Positions 39,758 to 50,079 of a stretch of 64,000 nt of DNA are shown piece by piece. The translations under genes and the position numbers were made by a program. The stretch's first letter is position 1. Each line of letters begins with the position of its first letter. This DNA is from Planctomycetota bacterium (lineage in GTDB: Bacteria > Planctomycetota > UBA8108 > UBA1146): the NCBI GenBank assembly GCA_036338595.1, contig JAYZBV010000037.1, positions 1-64,000 on the forward strand, read 5' to 3'. A model generated the notes under the pieces. That model was given only the letters and a program-made list of their open reading frames with translations, was not told where the DNA came from and made no database searches.

Positions 39758-39832
39758 TAGCCTCTGGTCTGCCGACAGGGGTTCGGGGAGGGACAGGGAT
39801 GGCCCTCTTCGACTAACGGCGACCAGAGGCTA
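39758..39832 (+). ncRNA. Structured RNA element in the leader of the HNH gene
   Basis: TAGCCTCTGGTC/GACCAGAGGCTA (12 bp), one bulged T, GCCG/CGGC, an internal loop, then TCGGGGAGGG/CCCTCTTCGA with G-U pairs on +; followed by TTATTTT. Confidence 0.5.
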
Positions 39833-39936
39833 TTATTTTATCCCCCACCGACCACCCACACACCTCGGTGCTAGATCAAACCGTTGCGTCACCTTACCCT
39901 TGAAACACCGACACACTGTCGCTGAAGGGAATTGGT

Positions 39937-40539
39937 TTGACCGCTCTGGAGATCCCGACCCTGGTTCTGAATCGCAGTTGGACGCCGATTCACACCTTAC
40001 CTGCCAAGTTCGCCATCGGCATGGTGGCCAGAGATGCGGCCCGCATCATCGATCCGGAGACCTATGAGATCCATGATCTGCAGTCGTGGCACGATGTTTC
40101 TCAGGCGCGCGAGTTCGTCGATGGCCTCTCGATCAAATCGGAGTCGCTGTGGCTCGCACCGCTGGAGGTGATCGTGCTGACCTCCTATTCCGGAGTCGGT
40201 GATCGAACCGTGACCTTTTCGAGGCTCAACCTCTACCGGCGCGATCGCAACACCTGCCAGTACTGCGGCAAGCGCCCTGGAACCCGGGAACTGACCATCG
40301 ATCACATCTTGCCGCGCAGCCGCGGCGGCAAGTTGAGCTGGGGAAATTGCGTACTCGCCTGCGTCAGTTGCAACAAACGCAAGGCCAACAGAACGCCAGA
40401 CGAAGCTCAGATGAAACTTCTCACCGCACCGATTCAGCCTGACTGGACGATGATCCGCAAGATTGCACCGAGACCGATCTGGTCCTCGTGGGACAAGTTC
40501 ATCAGCGATGCCTACTGGCGCCAGGAACTGATCGATTGA
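39937..40539 (+). CDS. HNH endonuclease
   Basis: TLVLNRSWTP N-terminus; RDRNTCQYCG...TIDHILPRSRGG..SWGNCVLACVSCNKRK; TTG start with AAGGGA RBS. Confidence 0.94.
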   Translation: MTALEIPTLVLNRSWTPIHTLPAKFAIGMVARDAARIIDPETYEIHDLQSWHDVSQAREFVDGLSIKSESLWLAPLEVIVLTSYSGVGDRTVTFSRLNLYRRDRNTCQYCGKRPGTRELTIDHILPRSRGGKLSWGNCVLACVSCNKRKANRTPDEAQMKLLTAPIQPDWTMIRKIAPRPIWSSWDKFISDAYWRQELID

Positions 40540-40546
40540 TCCCGAC

Positions 40547-41773
40547 TCAGCCGCTCGGTTGCGCCACTCTGCTGCAATAGATGCGACCGTAGGGTTTGAC
40601 CCGAAGCCTCCCCACCAGCGCGCTGATCTCACCGAGAGGGCGGACCTGTTGATTGCCGAGCAGTACCGGCAGCGCAGCACCGGCGTCGAGATCCGGTGGA
40701 GGTTCCACGACATCGATGATCGGATCCAGATCTGGATCCCCCAGTAGCAGCTCCTTGCAGCGCTGGTGGAGCCTACGGGTCACATCCTCGACATCGGTTC
40801 CCTCGACGATGTCAGCCACTGCCCTGTGTTGTTTTCTGTCCAGGATCCTGCATGCATCGAGATGGCCCGGTGCCGTGGTGTCTCGTCTGGCCTGCTGCAG
40901 TAGCCCCAGAACCCTGTGGTCATCCCAGTGCAGGTACTCCTGAGGTGGCTGTGGATAGCGTCCCTCGGGGATGGCGACACGCAGAAAATTGATGAGGTGG
41001 CGGTCCAGGATCCGACGGGTGTGGTGGAAATACACCTGGGTGAACATCGAGAACCGTGCCCACTGCAATCCCTCGGCGGCGAGCACTCCGCCCCGTTCGA
41101 TGCCCAGTCGCACTCCGTCGCTGGTCTCGACAGGGGTGAGGGTGTGGAGAATTCTCGGCAGATCAAAGCAACCGTACTGGACCCCGAGACAGTGCGAATC
41201 TCTGAGCAGGTAATCCATCCGATCGGCACCAAATCGGCCGCACACCAGCGAGCGAACAAATCGAAGGTGCGGCGGCAGGTCGAGATCGGTGGGATCGAGG
41301 ATCCGCATCACCGCCTCGCAGATGGCATCTCCACGCCGGCGTAGATGTTCGAGCACCGCCGGGTGTTCCAGCAAAGAGAGGGTCATCTGCTCGTGTCCAC
41401 CGGAGGGCAACAGCCCCTCGCTGACATGGGAGAAGGGTGCATGGCCGATGTCATGCAACAGCGCCACGAGCCGCGCAACTCGCAACAGCTGGTCCCAGTT
41501 GCTTTCGCTCTCAGGGAGCCCCAGCGGCCCCAGCAACGCATCGAGACCGAGCCGGGCGCGCATCTCCTCGAGCAGCAAGGTGGCGACCTCGAGGGTGCCC
41601 AGGGCGTGTTCAAAGCGACTGTGCCGGGCACCCGGATAGACCCGATCGGTCAATCCCAGCTGCGAGATCGATCGCAGACGCTGCACCGGAGCCCCATCGA
41701 GCAGCGGCAGATCCTCTCGCTCGAGACGGATCAGCCGATGCACCGGGTCTCGAATCGCTTCGGACAGGATCAC
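40547..41773 (-). CDS. HD-domain phosphohydrolase (SAMHD1/dNTPase-like family)
   Basis: IRDPVH, QRLRSISQLG, HSRFEH, LLHDIGHAPFSH, DRMDYLLRDS and QVYFH motifs. Confidence 0.92.
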   Translation of the reverse strand: MILSEAIRDPVHRLIRLEREDLPLLDGAPVQRLRSISQLGLTDRVYPGARHSRFEHALGTLEVATLLLEEMRARLGLDALLGPLGLPESESNWDQLLRVARLVALLHDIGHAPFSHVSEGLLPSGGHEQMTLSLLEHPAVLEHLRRRGDAICEAVMRILDPTDLDLPPHLRFVRSLVCGRFGADRMDYLLRDSHCLGVQYGCFDLPRILHTLTPVETSDGVRLGIERGGVLAAEGLQWARFSMFTQVYFHHTRRILDRHLINFLRVAIPEGRYPQPPQEYLHWDDHRVLGLLQQARRDTTAPGHLDACRILDRKQHRAVADIVEGTDVEDVTRRLHQRCKELLLGDPDLDPIIDVVEPPPDLDAGAALPVLLGNQQVRPLGEISALVGRLRVKPYGRIYCSRVAQPSG

Positions 41774-41859
41774 CTGAGACTCCCTTCTGCGCCGATGATG
41801 CGGTCGGATTACCGCTGCCACAAGATGGCACGGCGGTTATCCTGCCTGCCTGGAGGCGC

Positions 41860-42402
41860 GTGCAACCGATCCATCACTTCCACCATGTCAAGCACACGAT
41901 CGATGGCATCGATCTGGGCATCGCGGTGCTCTGGTGCGAGCGTCAATTGCTCTCGATGTCGCTGGCGGCTCGCCGAGAAGTGGCGCTGAAGGCGTGCACG
42001 TCGACGGTCCCGGGCGCCTTCCAGGTGGTCGAGTCCTTTCCTCCACGACTGGAACAGGAGCTACTCCTGGCTCTCGCTGGCGAGCCGGTGTGCTGGAGTC
42101 ACGACGCCGCTCCCGTCGGGGGAACCGACTTTCAGAGACGCGTCTGGCAGCAGCTGGATCGGGTGGAGGCGGGAGAGACGATCAGTTACGGGCAACTGGC
42201 GAGGCGTGTCGGCGTGCCGGGTGCCGCTCGAGCGGTCGGCAGTGCTTGCGGCAAGAATCGGCTACCGCTGAGACTCCCCTGTCATCGGATCATCTCAGCC
42301 GATGGACAGCTGGGAGGATTCACCGGCGACCTGAAGGTGAAGTCTCTGCTGCTGGAGCGAGAAGCGGCAGCGCCAGCGGCTTCGAAACCGCTCCGGACAT
42401 GA
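41860..42402 (+). CDS. ogt: Methylated-DNA-protein-cysteine methyltransferase
   Basis: GTDFQRRVW, SYGQLA, ARAVG and PCHR motifs; GTG start after GGAGG. Confidence 0.92.
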   Translation: MQPIHHFHHVKHTIDGIDLGIAVLWCERQLLSMSLAARREVALKACTSTVPGAFQVVESFPPRLEQELLLALAGEPVCWSHDAAPVGGTDFQRRVWQQLDRVEAGETISYGQLARRVGVPGAARAVGSACGKNRLPLRLPCHRIISADGQLGGFTGDLKVKSLLLEREAAAPAASKPLRT

Positions 42403-44155
42403 CCATGTGATGGTGAGCTTCCCTCATCATCCCCTGAGTGGCATACATCTGCGCCAGCAGCCGATGCGAAGATGAGCGCTCCGGATCGCCCTGCAGGGCA
42501 AAGAAGAGGCACTCTGCCGCCAGATCCTCGATCCCATCCTCGAGCAAGATCAGTGCGAAGCGTTCCCACGCCGCGGAACAGGCCGGGTCAGCCCTCAGCA
42601 GCAGCGCCAGATCTGCTCGTGCCTCGGATCTCTGGCCCGATTTCTGCAGTGCGCAGGCGACCTCGAAGGTGCCGATGGGAACGCCGCGCTGTCGCAACAG
42701 CGATTGTCGCTGACCGAACAGTGCATAGTCCTCCAGCACCAGTCCTTCGGCTTCTTGCTCCCTGGCCAGGATCACATGATCTGTATCGAGGGACACCGAC
42801 GCCGGGCGGCTGGAGCCACAGACGAGCGCATGAGCCCAGCGTCCACCGATGCCAACTCCGGCCGGTACAATCCGCTCCAGGCTCGCTCTCGACCGTTCCC
42901 AGTGCTGTTGCTCGTGCGCGATCCTGTGCAGGTTGAGCGGCAAGCAGAGCGCCACCGTGGTGGTCGCGGCGAGCAGGATCCCGCGCGACCTGCCGAGCCC
43001 CGAGCGCACCGCCAGCACGATCCCGACCCCGGCCGTGGAGAGGCCCAGCGAGATGGCAATTCGAACCGCCGCAGAGGCGCTCATCGCCGAGGAAAAGGAC
43101 GCCACCAGCAAGATCGCAACGAAGAAGAGGCCCAACGCCGCCTGAGGCGCCTTGCCCACCGGGGCGACGGATGTCAGCAGCGTACGTCCACGTTCAGCGA
43201 GCAGATCCATCGCCAGCAGCACACCCATCGGCATCAAGACGACGAGTGGAAACACCGGCAGCTGCGACGCCATGATCCACGGCAGCACCCCGGCCACCAG
43301 GGTCATCCGCAACGGCCTGAAGCGAGAATCTCGCCCCCTCGGACCTGCGATCAGCGCCGCCACCACTGCGATCAACCAACCAGGATCGGAGAGCAGGATC
43401 GACGGCACCTCGCCGGCCCGGAACAGGTCCGTCGATCCGGTCAAGCCGGTGGCGAGCGTCACGGGATCCGCACCCAGTTGTTGCAGACTCATCAGCACGG
43501 CGGCCACCACCAGGGTGACGGTCCAGCCCTTCGGACGCAGTCTTCGGGGCAAGGCGCGGCGTATCAACTCGAGCCAGCAGGCTGGCGCGGCGACCAGCAC
43601 CAGCGGCCCGATTCCCCACCACAGCACGCCACACAGCAGTAGTGCTGAATGCGGCGCAAATTTCCAGCGCACGCCAGCCAGCAATGAGATGCAGAGGATC
43701 GACAGCGCCGCCAGTGGCACCGTGTTCGGAACGCTCGACCAGGGCAGAAAGGTCGGCTGGAGCGCCAGCACGAGTGCCCCCAGCACGGCGATTCCTTCTC
43801 CCCGTCGCCTCGCCAGCACCAATGCGATCACCAGCATGCAGGTGAGAAAGGGGATCACCGAGAACAACTTGAGCGTCGCCACACCACTTCCAAAGTAGGA
43901 GAAGGCGACACCCACCATGGCGGTGAGGATGGGAGTCTCTCTGAATGCAGGAATACCCACATCGATGTCGTGGAAATTCGCCCTCGCATGAGCGAAAGGC
44001 CACGATCCCGTCTCGGGAAAAACCGAAGCCACGCCGGTGATCGACTCCGGATCACCATTCGATTCGGTGATCAGCATCAGTGCCATGCAGATCACAAATC
44101 CGAGCACGATTCCCGTCATCGGGAAGCGCTGGTGGGGAGTGGGGTGTAATTTCAT
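42320..44155 (-). CDS. Polytopic membrane protein with C-terminal TPR; possible GT-C/PMT-like glycosyltransferase
   Basis: Many TM helices, an N-terminal loop, and a TPR-like tail; overlaps the pilR stop codon. Function is speculative. Confidence 0.6.
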   Translation of the reverse strand: MKLHPTPHQRFPMTGIVLGFVICMALMLITESNGDPESITGVASVFPETGSWPFAHARANFHDIDVGIPAFRETPILTAMVGVAFSYFGSGVATLKLFSVIPFLTCMLVIALVLARRRGEGIAVLGALVLALQPTFLPWSSVPNTVPLAALSILCISLLAGVRWKFAPHSALLLCGVLWWGIGPLVLVAAPACWLELIRRALPRRLRPKGWTVTLVVAAVLMSLQQLGADPVTLATGLTGSTDLFRAGEVPSILLSDPGWLIAVVAALIAGPRGRDSRFRPLRMTLVAGVLPWIMASQLPVFPLVVLMPMGVLLAMDLLAERGRTLLTSVAPVGKAPQAALGLFFVAILLVASFSSAMSASAAVRIAISLGLSTAGVGIVLAVRSGLGRSRGILLAATTTVALCLPLNLHRIAHEQQHWERSRASLERIVPAGVGIGGRWAHALVCGSSRPASVSLDTDHVILAREQEAEGLVLEDYALFGQRQSLLRQRGVPIGTFEVACALQKSGQRSEARADLALLLRADPACSAAWERFALILLEDGIEDLAAECLFFALQGDPERSSSHRLLAQMYATQGMMREAHHHMVMSGAVSKPLALPLLAPAAETSPSGRR

Positions 44156-45561
44156 TGGGCTTCGGAGACCGTGCGCGAGCGAATCCCGAGTTTCTGAGCG
44201 CGGTACCTGATCTGCCGATAGGAGACCCCCAGCAGCTCGGCAGCGCGCGTCTGATTTCCTCCGGTGCGCTCCAGTGCCTGAAGGATCAGGTCTCGTTCGA
44301 CCTGTTCCAGGTGCTGTTCGAGTTGACAGCCCTGCTCGGGAAGAGTCGAGGCGGATGGCGCCGCAGACTCGGGCCCATCCTCCAACGAGGTCGGCTCATC
44401 CGGTACAGTCGACAGAAGATCCAGCTGAATCGATTCGATGATGCGACCTCGCGCCAGGGCCACCTGACGCTGGATCACATTCTCCAGTTCTCTGACATTT
44501 CCTGGCCAATGATGGGCCTGTAGCGATTCCCATGCGGCATCGCTGAGACCATCGATCGCCTTTCCCATCTTCTGGGAATGGCGCCGCAGGAAGTGCCCTG
44601 CGAGGAGCGGCAAGTCCTCTTTTCGGTCTCGAAGTGGCAACAGATGCAGCGGAATGACATTGAGGCGGTAGAAGAGATCCTCCCGGAATAGGCCCTGCTT
44701 CACCTGGGCAGCCAGATCCTTGTTGGTGGCTGCGATGATGCGAACATCGGTCGAGATCTGCTGATCTCCGCCGACCGGGACCACCTTGCGATCCTCGAGT
44801 GAACGCAGGATCCGGACCTGGGTGGAGAGGCTCATGTCCGCCACCTCGTCCAGAAACAGTGTTCCCCCATCGGCGTTGAGGAACACTCCCTTTCGATCCT
44901 CAACCGCTCCGGTGAAGGCGCCCTTGACATGACCAAACAACTCACTCTCGAGCAAGCCTTCGGTGAATGCCGAGCAATTGACGGCAACGAAGCGGCCCTG
45001 ATTTCTGGGCGATCCGTCGTGTATTGCGCGAGCGATCAACTCCTTGCCGCAACCGCTCTCGCCTGTCACCAGTACCGTGGATTCCGTCGGCGCTACCTGC
45101 TCGATCACCTCGAACAGTTCCCGCATCACCGCGGTGTTGCCGATCAATCGTCGCGTCACATTTCTGTGCTGGGGATCGCCCTCCTGGGTTGTGGATTCCA
45201 GTGCCCTGCGAACCGCGCCCCTGACATCGTCATTCTGGAACGGCTTGCGCAGAAAATCGAAGCCTCCACGGCGCATCGCCTCGATCGCCACATCCGATGT
45301 CGAGAAGGCGGTCATCACGAGGATCGGCATCGTCGGCGCCGCTTCGCGAGCGGCCTCGAGCAATTCCATCCCATCGAGGCCGCCCATCCTGAGATCCTGG
45401 ATGAAGATCCGCGCACCACGATCGCGCAGCACTTCCATCGCTTTCTCTCCTGAGGAGACACAGAGCACCTTGTACCCCTGATTGGAGAGCACGATCTCGA
45501 GAAACTCCCGCATACTCTGTTCATCGTCTGCGACGAGGATGTCGAGCATCTCTGGCTTCAT
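44152..45561 (-). CDS. pilR: NtrC-family sigma-54 response regulator, PilR-like
   Basis: REC domain, GESGCGKE, ESELFGHVKGAFTGA and Fis-type HTH; lies after pilC and a sensor kinase. Confidence 0.88.
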   Translation of the reverse strand: MKPEMLDILVADDEQSMREFLEIVLSNQGYKVLCVSSGEKAMEVLRDRGARIFIQDLRMGGLDGMELLEAAREAAPTMPILVMTAFSTSDVAIEAMRRGGFDFLRKPFQNDDVRGAVRRALESTTQEGDPQHRNVTRRLIGNTAVMRELFEVIEQVAPTESTVLVTGESGCGKELIARAIHDGSPRNQGRFVAVNCSAFTEGLLESELFGHVKGAFTGAVEDRKGVFLNADGGTLFLDEVADMSLSTQVRILRSLEDRKVVPVGGDQQISTDVRIIAATNKDLAAQVKQGLFREDLFYRLNVIPLHLLPLRDRKEDLPLLAGHFLRRHSQKMGKAIDGLSDAAWESLQAHHWPGNVRELENVIQRQVALARGRIIESIQLDLLSTVPDEPTSLEDGPESAAPSASTLPEQGCQLEQHLEQVERDLILQALERTGGNQTRAAELLGVSYRQIRYRAQKLGIRSRTVSEAQ

Positions 45562-47069
45562 CGAGCACCCACCTTCTGTGGCATCGATACCGCCACCGGA
45601 AGCGTGATGCGGAAGGTCGTTCCTTCACCCTGAAGACTCTCCAACTCGATCCAACCTGCTGCGGAATCGATGATCTTCTTGACCAGAGCCAGTCCCAGAC
45701 CCCCTTCTCTCGTCTTGGTCGAGACGAAGGGGAGAAACGCTCGCGACTGCAGTTGAGGAGTCATGCCGCTGCCGTCATCCGTAATTTGCAGGCACACATG
45801 ATCGCCCTGCAGTGAGATCCCGAATCCGATCTTCCGAGCACCCGCCTCCAGCGCATTGATCGCCAGGTTACTGACGACCTGATGCAGACCATCGCGATCG
45901 CCGAGTACCACCGCACCTTCCTGGAACTGACGAGTCATCTGAACTTCCCGAGCATCTGGACGCCCGCTGACTGAATCGATCACTTCTTCGACCACCTCGG
46001 CCAGGTGGACTGCTGCAGAGTGCTCTACCCTGCGAGATCTTGAATACTCCAGGAAATCATCGACGGTCCGATCGAGTCGATCGGATTCGCGCCGCACGAT
46101 CGCCTCCATCCGTTGTGCCTGCTGAGGTGGCAAGGATCCCGAGACCAGTTCCACCGCTGCCCCCCGCAAGGATGCGAGCGGATTCCGGATCTCATGTGCG
46201 AGTCCAAGCGCCAGTTGTTCCAGTTCTTCGAGGTGCAGCAATCTGGCTTCCACCTCGATCGTTCGTCGCTGAGAGGTTCGGTCAGCAAAGACCGCGACTC
46301 GCAATCCGCCGTCCAGTTCGGTCGTGCGAATTTGAAAAAACCGGGTCAGGCCCTCGCGAGTACGCCACTCGATACTGCTCGCCATCTTCCGCGGCTCTGC
46401 CAGTGCTTCTCTCAGATCCTCATCGGTCTTTCTTTGAAACAGATCAGGGAGCAACTGGCCACGCCAATCATCCCCGTCGGGAAACTCGAGCAACCTGCGT
46501 GCGGAAGGATTGGATCGTACGACTCTACCTCGTGCGTCGGTCACGATGATGCCCTCCTCGAGGGCGACGATGACGCTATCGTGCTCCACCTCGAGAGCGC
46601 GCCAGCGATGATTCAATCGACCGCTGAGCCAGGCCACGCCGTGCAGAGCGATCGCCATCGCCACCAGTGCGGCAGCTCCTCGCTCGATCGCAGGAGCGCC
46701 CGCAGTCGATGAGATCAGGGTCGTGGCGGAGGCCAGTACCAGAGTTGCGATCGTGGCACGGATCAAACTGGCACCGGTGCCACGCCTGGCTCCTGTGATC
46801 ACGATCACGATCGGCAACAGCGGTGCAAATGTAGATGAGACACCACCGGTCAGTGCGACGACGGCAAGCGCTCCGACCAGATCGACCGTTTCAGGGCGAA
46901 AGCGCAGGCCAGGCAGCAACATCGTCGACAGTGATGCACTCGCCCACGCAAACAGCACCAGAGACAGCGACCAGCCGCCACTGCCCGCCGGAAGCAATGC
47001 CGTGAGGCCAAAGGCCAGCAGCGGAATGCCCGCATGCATGACGAATTGAAGGGGTCGATCCTGTCTCAT
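45558..47069 (-). CDS. pilS: Membrane PAS histidine kinase, PilS-like
   Basis: TM region, PAS domain, AHEIRNPL H-box, N-box, DDGSG and GLGL motifs; pilC-pilS-pilR synteny. Confidence 0.85.
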   Translation of the reverse strand: MRQDRPLQFVMHAGIPLLAFGLTALLPAGSGGWSLSLVLFAWASASLSTMLLPGLRFRPETVDLVGALAVVALTGGVSSTFAPLLPIVIVITGARRGTGASLIRATIATLVLASATTLISSTAGAPAIERGAAALVAMAIALHGVAWLSGRLNHRWRALEVEHDSVIVALEEGIIVTDARGRVVRSNPSARRLLEFPDGDDWRGQLLPDLFQRKTDEDLREALAEPRKMASSIEWRTREGLTRFFQIRTTELDGGLRVAVFADRTSQRRTIEVEARLLHLEELEQLALGLAHEIRNPLASLRGAAVELVSGSLPPQQAQRMEAIVRRESDRLDRTVDDFLEYSRSRRVEHSAAVHLAEVVEEVIDSVSGRPDAREVQMTRQFQEGAVVLGDRDGLHQVVSNLAINALEAGARKIGFGISLQGDHVCLQITDDGSGMTPQLQSRAFLPFVSTKTREGGLGLALVKKIIDSAAGWIELESLQGEGTTFRITLPVAVSMPQKVGAR

Positions 47070-47092
47070 CTCACCACTCCCGGTCGTTGTGA

Positions 47093-48346
47093 TTACTTAC
47101 CAATTGCTCCGAACGCACTCAGCAGTGGCATGAACATCGCAATCACCATGGTGCCCACGATGATGCCCATGACGAGGATCAAGAACGGTTCGATCAGCGA
47201 TGTCAGTTGCTTGACGGTGGCTTTGACTTCCCGGTCATAGAACTGCGAGACCTTCTCGAGCAGCTGCTCGAGGGAGCCCGATTTTTCACCGATGCTGATC
47301 ATTCGTGTGACCATCGGGGGGAACTGGCCCGATCTCGCGAGAGGCGCTCCGAGGCTCTCTCCCTGGCGCACCGCTTCTGCCGATTCCGCGATGGCTCTGG
47401 CGTACCAGACATTTCCTGTCGTCGTCTTGACGATCTCCAGAGCCCCTAGAATCGGAACTCCACTGCGAATCAATGTCGCGAAGGTGCCACTGAAACGAGA
47501 CAGCGCAGTTTTCTGGACCAGCGTACCGAACACGGGTATTCGAAGTATCAGCCAGTCGCGAATCAACTCTCCGCGGGTCGTCTTGCCTGCCAACTTGTAA
47601 CCGCCGTAGATGAGGCCCACCGTCACCATCAACAACATGAAATGCGACTGGGCGAAGTTGCTCATGCCCATGACAAACAGTGTCAATGCGGGCATCTCAG
47701 CGTCCATATCATCGAAGAGGGCCTGGAAGTTGGGCAGCACGAAGACCAGCAGGCCGGAACTGATGACAGCGATCATCAGCAGGCTGACCACCGGATAGGT
47801 CATCGCGCCCTTGATCTCTCCCTTGAGTTCTTCCGCCTCTTCCATGTGCGACGCGAGCCGATCGAGCACTCCATCGAGCTGTCCACTCGCCTCGCCGGCG
47901 CGAACCATGTTGATGAAGATGTCGTCGAAAACTCTGGGGTGTCGACTCAGCGCCATGGAAAAGTCCTTGCCCTGACGAACCTCCGAAGCGATGTCTCCGA
48001 TCACGGCCTTGAGGGTAGAATTTTCAGCCTGATCCTCGATCACCTCGAGCGCCTCGACGAGCGGAATCCCCGACTCGAACATCGTCGCCAGTTGCCGGGA
48101 GACGGGCACCAGTTCCTTGCGCGAGATGCGCCCCTTGAATGCAGTACCATTCTTGTTTTTTCTGAAGGAAGGCAGTGTGATCCGGAATTTCTTGTTGCTC
48201 TTTCTAGCTCCAGAGCCACCGATCGAGGTCACGGTCAAACCACGACGACGCAATTCCTGAACCGCTTCCGATTCAGTTTCTGCCTCGACGGTGCCTACGA
48301 CCGATTTTCCCTGAGGGTTTCTGGACTTGTAATCGTACTTTTTCAA
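47093..48346 (-). CDS. pilC: Type IV pilus platform protein
   Basis: RQLATMFESGIPL, AGEASGQL, AMTYP and IGEKSG...LIEP motifs. Confidence 0.95.
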   Translation of the reverse strand: MKKYDYKSRNPQGKSVVGTVEAETESEAVQELRRRGLTVTSIGGSGARKSNKKFRITLPSFRKNKNGTAFKGRISRKELVPVSRQLATMFESGIPLVEALEVIEDQAENSTLKAVIGDIASEVRQGKDFSMALSRHPRVFDDIFINMVRAGEASGQLDGVLDRLASHMEEAEELKGEIKGAMTYPVVSLLMIAVISSGLLVFVLPNFQALFDDMDAEMPALTLFVMGMSNFAQSHFMLLMVTVGLIYGGYKLAGKTTRGELIRDWLILRIPVFGTLVQKTALSRFSGTFATLIRSGVPILGALEIVKTTTGNVWYARAIAESAEAVRQGESLGAPLARSGQFPPMVTRMISIGEKSGSLEQLLEKVSQFYDREVKATVKQLTSLIEPFLILVMGIIVGTMVIAMFMPLLSAFGAIGK

Positions 48347-48361
48347 GTCGGTCTCCTGGCT

Positions 48362-50077
48362 CTATTCCCCCTGCGTTACCCGCAGGATTTCTTCGAGTGA
48401 TGTTTTTCCACGTAGTGCGTTGAGCAGGCCGACACGCCGCAGCGTCACCATGCCCTGCTTCAGTGCGACGTCTCGGATGGCCAGAGCAGAGGCCCCCTCC
48501 ACCACCGCCCTTCGAATCTCATCGTCGAGCGGCATCGTTTCGATCAGGGCGAAGCGCCCTCGATAGCCTCCCTGGCATCGGGAGCATCCAACCGGCTCCC
48601 ACAGGCGAGCTCCGTCTGCCTCTTCGGGCAGAAATCCGAGCGCTTCGAGTCTCTTTGCAGGCAACGGCCCTGCTTCCTGCTTGCAGTCCTCGCACAGCCT
48701 CCGGCTGAGGCGCTGCGCAGCGATGCACTGGGTTGCGGATGCGACCAGGAAGGGGTCGATACCCATATCCACCATCCGGACAACGGTCGACGGAGCGTCA
48801 TTGGTGTGCAGGGTCGAGAAGACCCTGTGACCGGTGAGAGCAGCCTTGATGGCGATCTCTGCTGTTTCGAGGTCGCGGATCTCTCCGATCATCACCGTGT
48901 CCGGATCCTGACGAAGAATCGCTCGGAGCGCCCTGGAAAAGGTCAGCCCTCGTTTCGCATTGACCGGAACCTGGACCACTCCATCGATCTGGTACTCGAC
49001 CGGATCTTCCACGGTAGTGATGTTCTCCTCGGGAGAGAGCACTTCATTGACGCATGAGTAGAGCGTCGTCGACTTGCCCGATCCGGTAGGTCCCGTCACC
49101 AGCATCATCCCGTAGGCGCTGGTGATGGCATCTCTGATGTCGCGCAGGGCCTTCTCCTCGAACCCGAGGGTATCAAGGCTCAGGGCGAGGCTCGACGAGT
49201 CGAGGATCCTCATCACGACCTTCTCGCCGTGCACCGTCGGCAGGGTCGAGACCCTGAAATCGACCTGGCGACCATCGATCCGCAACTGAAATTTCCCATC
49301 CTGAGGGATCCTTCGCTCTGCGATATCCAGGCCCGACATGATCTTGATTCGACTGGTGATCGAGGCTCTCAACTTCGCAGGAGGCGGCTGCACCTCGCGC
49401 AGCACTCCGTCGCACCGATAGCGAATCCGTAGCGATCGCTCCTGTGGCTCGATATGGATGTCAGAGGCTCTCTCGCGCAGCGCCTGGTAGATGACATGAT
49501 TGACGATCTTGACCACCGGAGATTCGTCTCCCTCGAAAGAGAGTTCCTGGATGCCTTCATCCTCGTCGCTGGAATCTCGTAGTTCGAGTTCGAGATCGCC
49601 GTAGTCGTCGAGCACTTCCTCGATTTCCTTGCGTCCATCACCGTAGAGCCGATCGATCGCTTCCTCGATGCGGAAATCGCAGGCGAGAACCGCCTGGACA
49701 TGACAGCGAGTCACATTTCGTATCTCGTCGATCTGCACGATGTCATGGGGATCTGCGATGGCGATCGTCAGAACCCCGGCGCTCCTGGCCACAGGTAACA
49801 CCCTGCAAGAACGCGCGGTCTTCTCGCGAAGTTCTTCGCAAGGATTCTCTTCCAGTTGCAATCGGCCGAGGTCGATCGGTGTCACCCCTGTTTCGAGGGC
49901 GAGCACGCCGAGCAATTCCTGCTCATCGAGGGCCCCCGACTCGACCAGCAACCGGGTCACTGAACCCTGTACGCCGGCATTCTGGATCGCATCATCGATC
50001 GCCTCGTCCTCGACCAGCCTGTGGCGAGAGAGGATCTTCCCGAGTCTTCGATTGAATCTGCTGATGACGTGGGACAT
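48362..50077 (-). CDS. pilB: Type IV pilus assembly ATPase
   Basis: RLGKIL N-terminus, ASDIHIEP, GPTGSGKST, LRQDPD and tetra-Cys motif. Confidence 0.95.
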   Translation of the reverse strand: MSHVISRFNRRLGKILSRHRLVEDEAIDDAIQNAGVQGSVTRLLVESGALDEQELLGVLALETGVTPIDLGRLQLEENPCEELREKTARSCRVLPVARSAGVLTIAIADPHDIVQIDEIRNVTRCHVQAVLACDFRIEEAIDRLYGDGRKEIEEVLDDYGDLELELRDSSDEDEGIQELSFEGDESPVVKIVNHVIYQALRERASDIHIEPQERSLRIRYRCDGVLREVQPPPAKLRASITSRIKIMSGLDIAERRIPQDGKFQLRIDGRQVDFRVSTLPTVHGEKVVMRILDSSSLALSLDTLGFEEKALRDIRDAITSAYGMMLVTGPTGSGKSTTLYSCVNEVLSPEENITTVEDPVEYQIDGVVQVPVNAKRGLTFSRALRAILRQDPDTVMIGEIRDLETAEIAIKAALTGHRVFSTLHTNDAPSTVVRMVDMGIDPFLVASATQCIAAQRLSRRLCEDCKQEAGPLPAKRLEALGFLPEEADGARLWEPVGCSRCQGGYRGRFALIETMPLDDEIRRAVVEGASALAIRDVALKQGMVTLRRVGLLNALRGKTSLEEILRVTQGE

Positions 50078-50079
50078 GG

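Noticed and set aside
39640..40539. IscB/HEARO or Cas9-like RNA-guided nuclease
   Set aside because: The protein is 200 aa with no PLMP, RuvC or bridge-helix regions, and no IS ends were seen.
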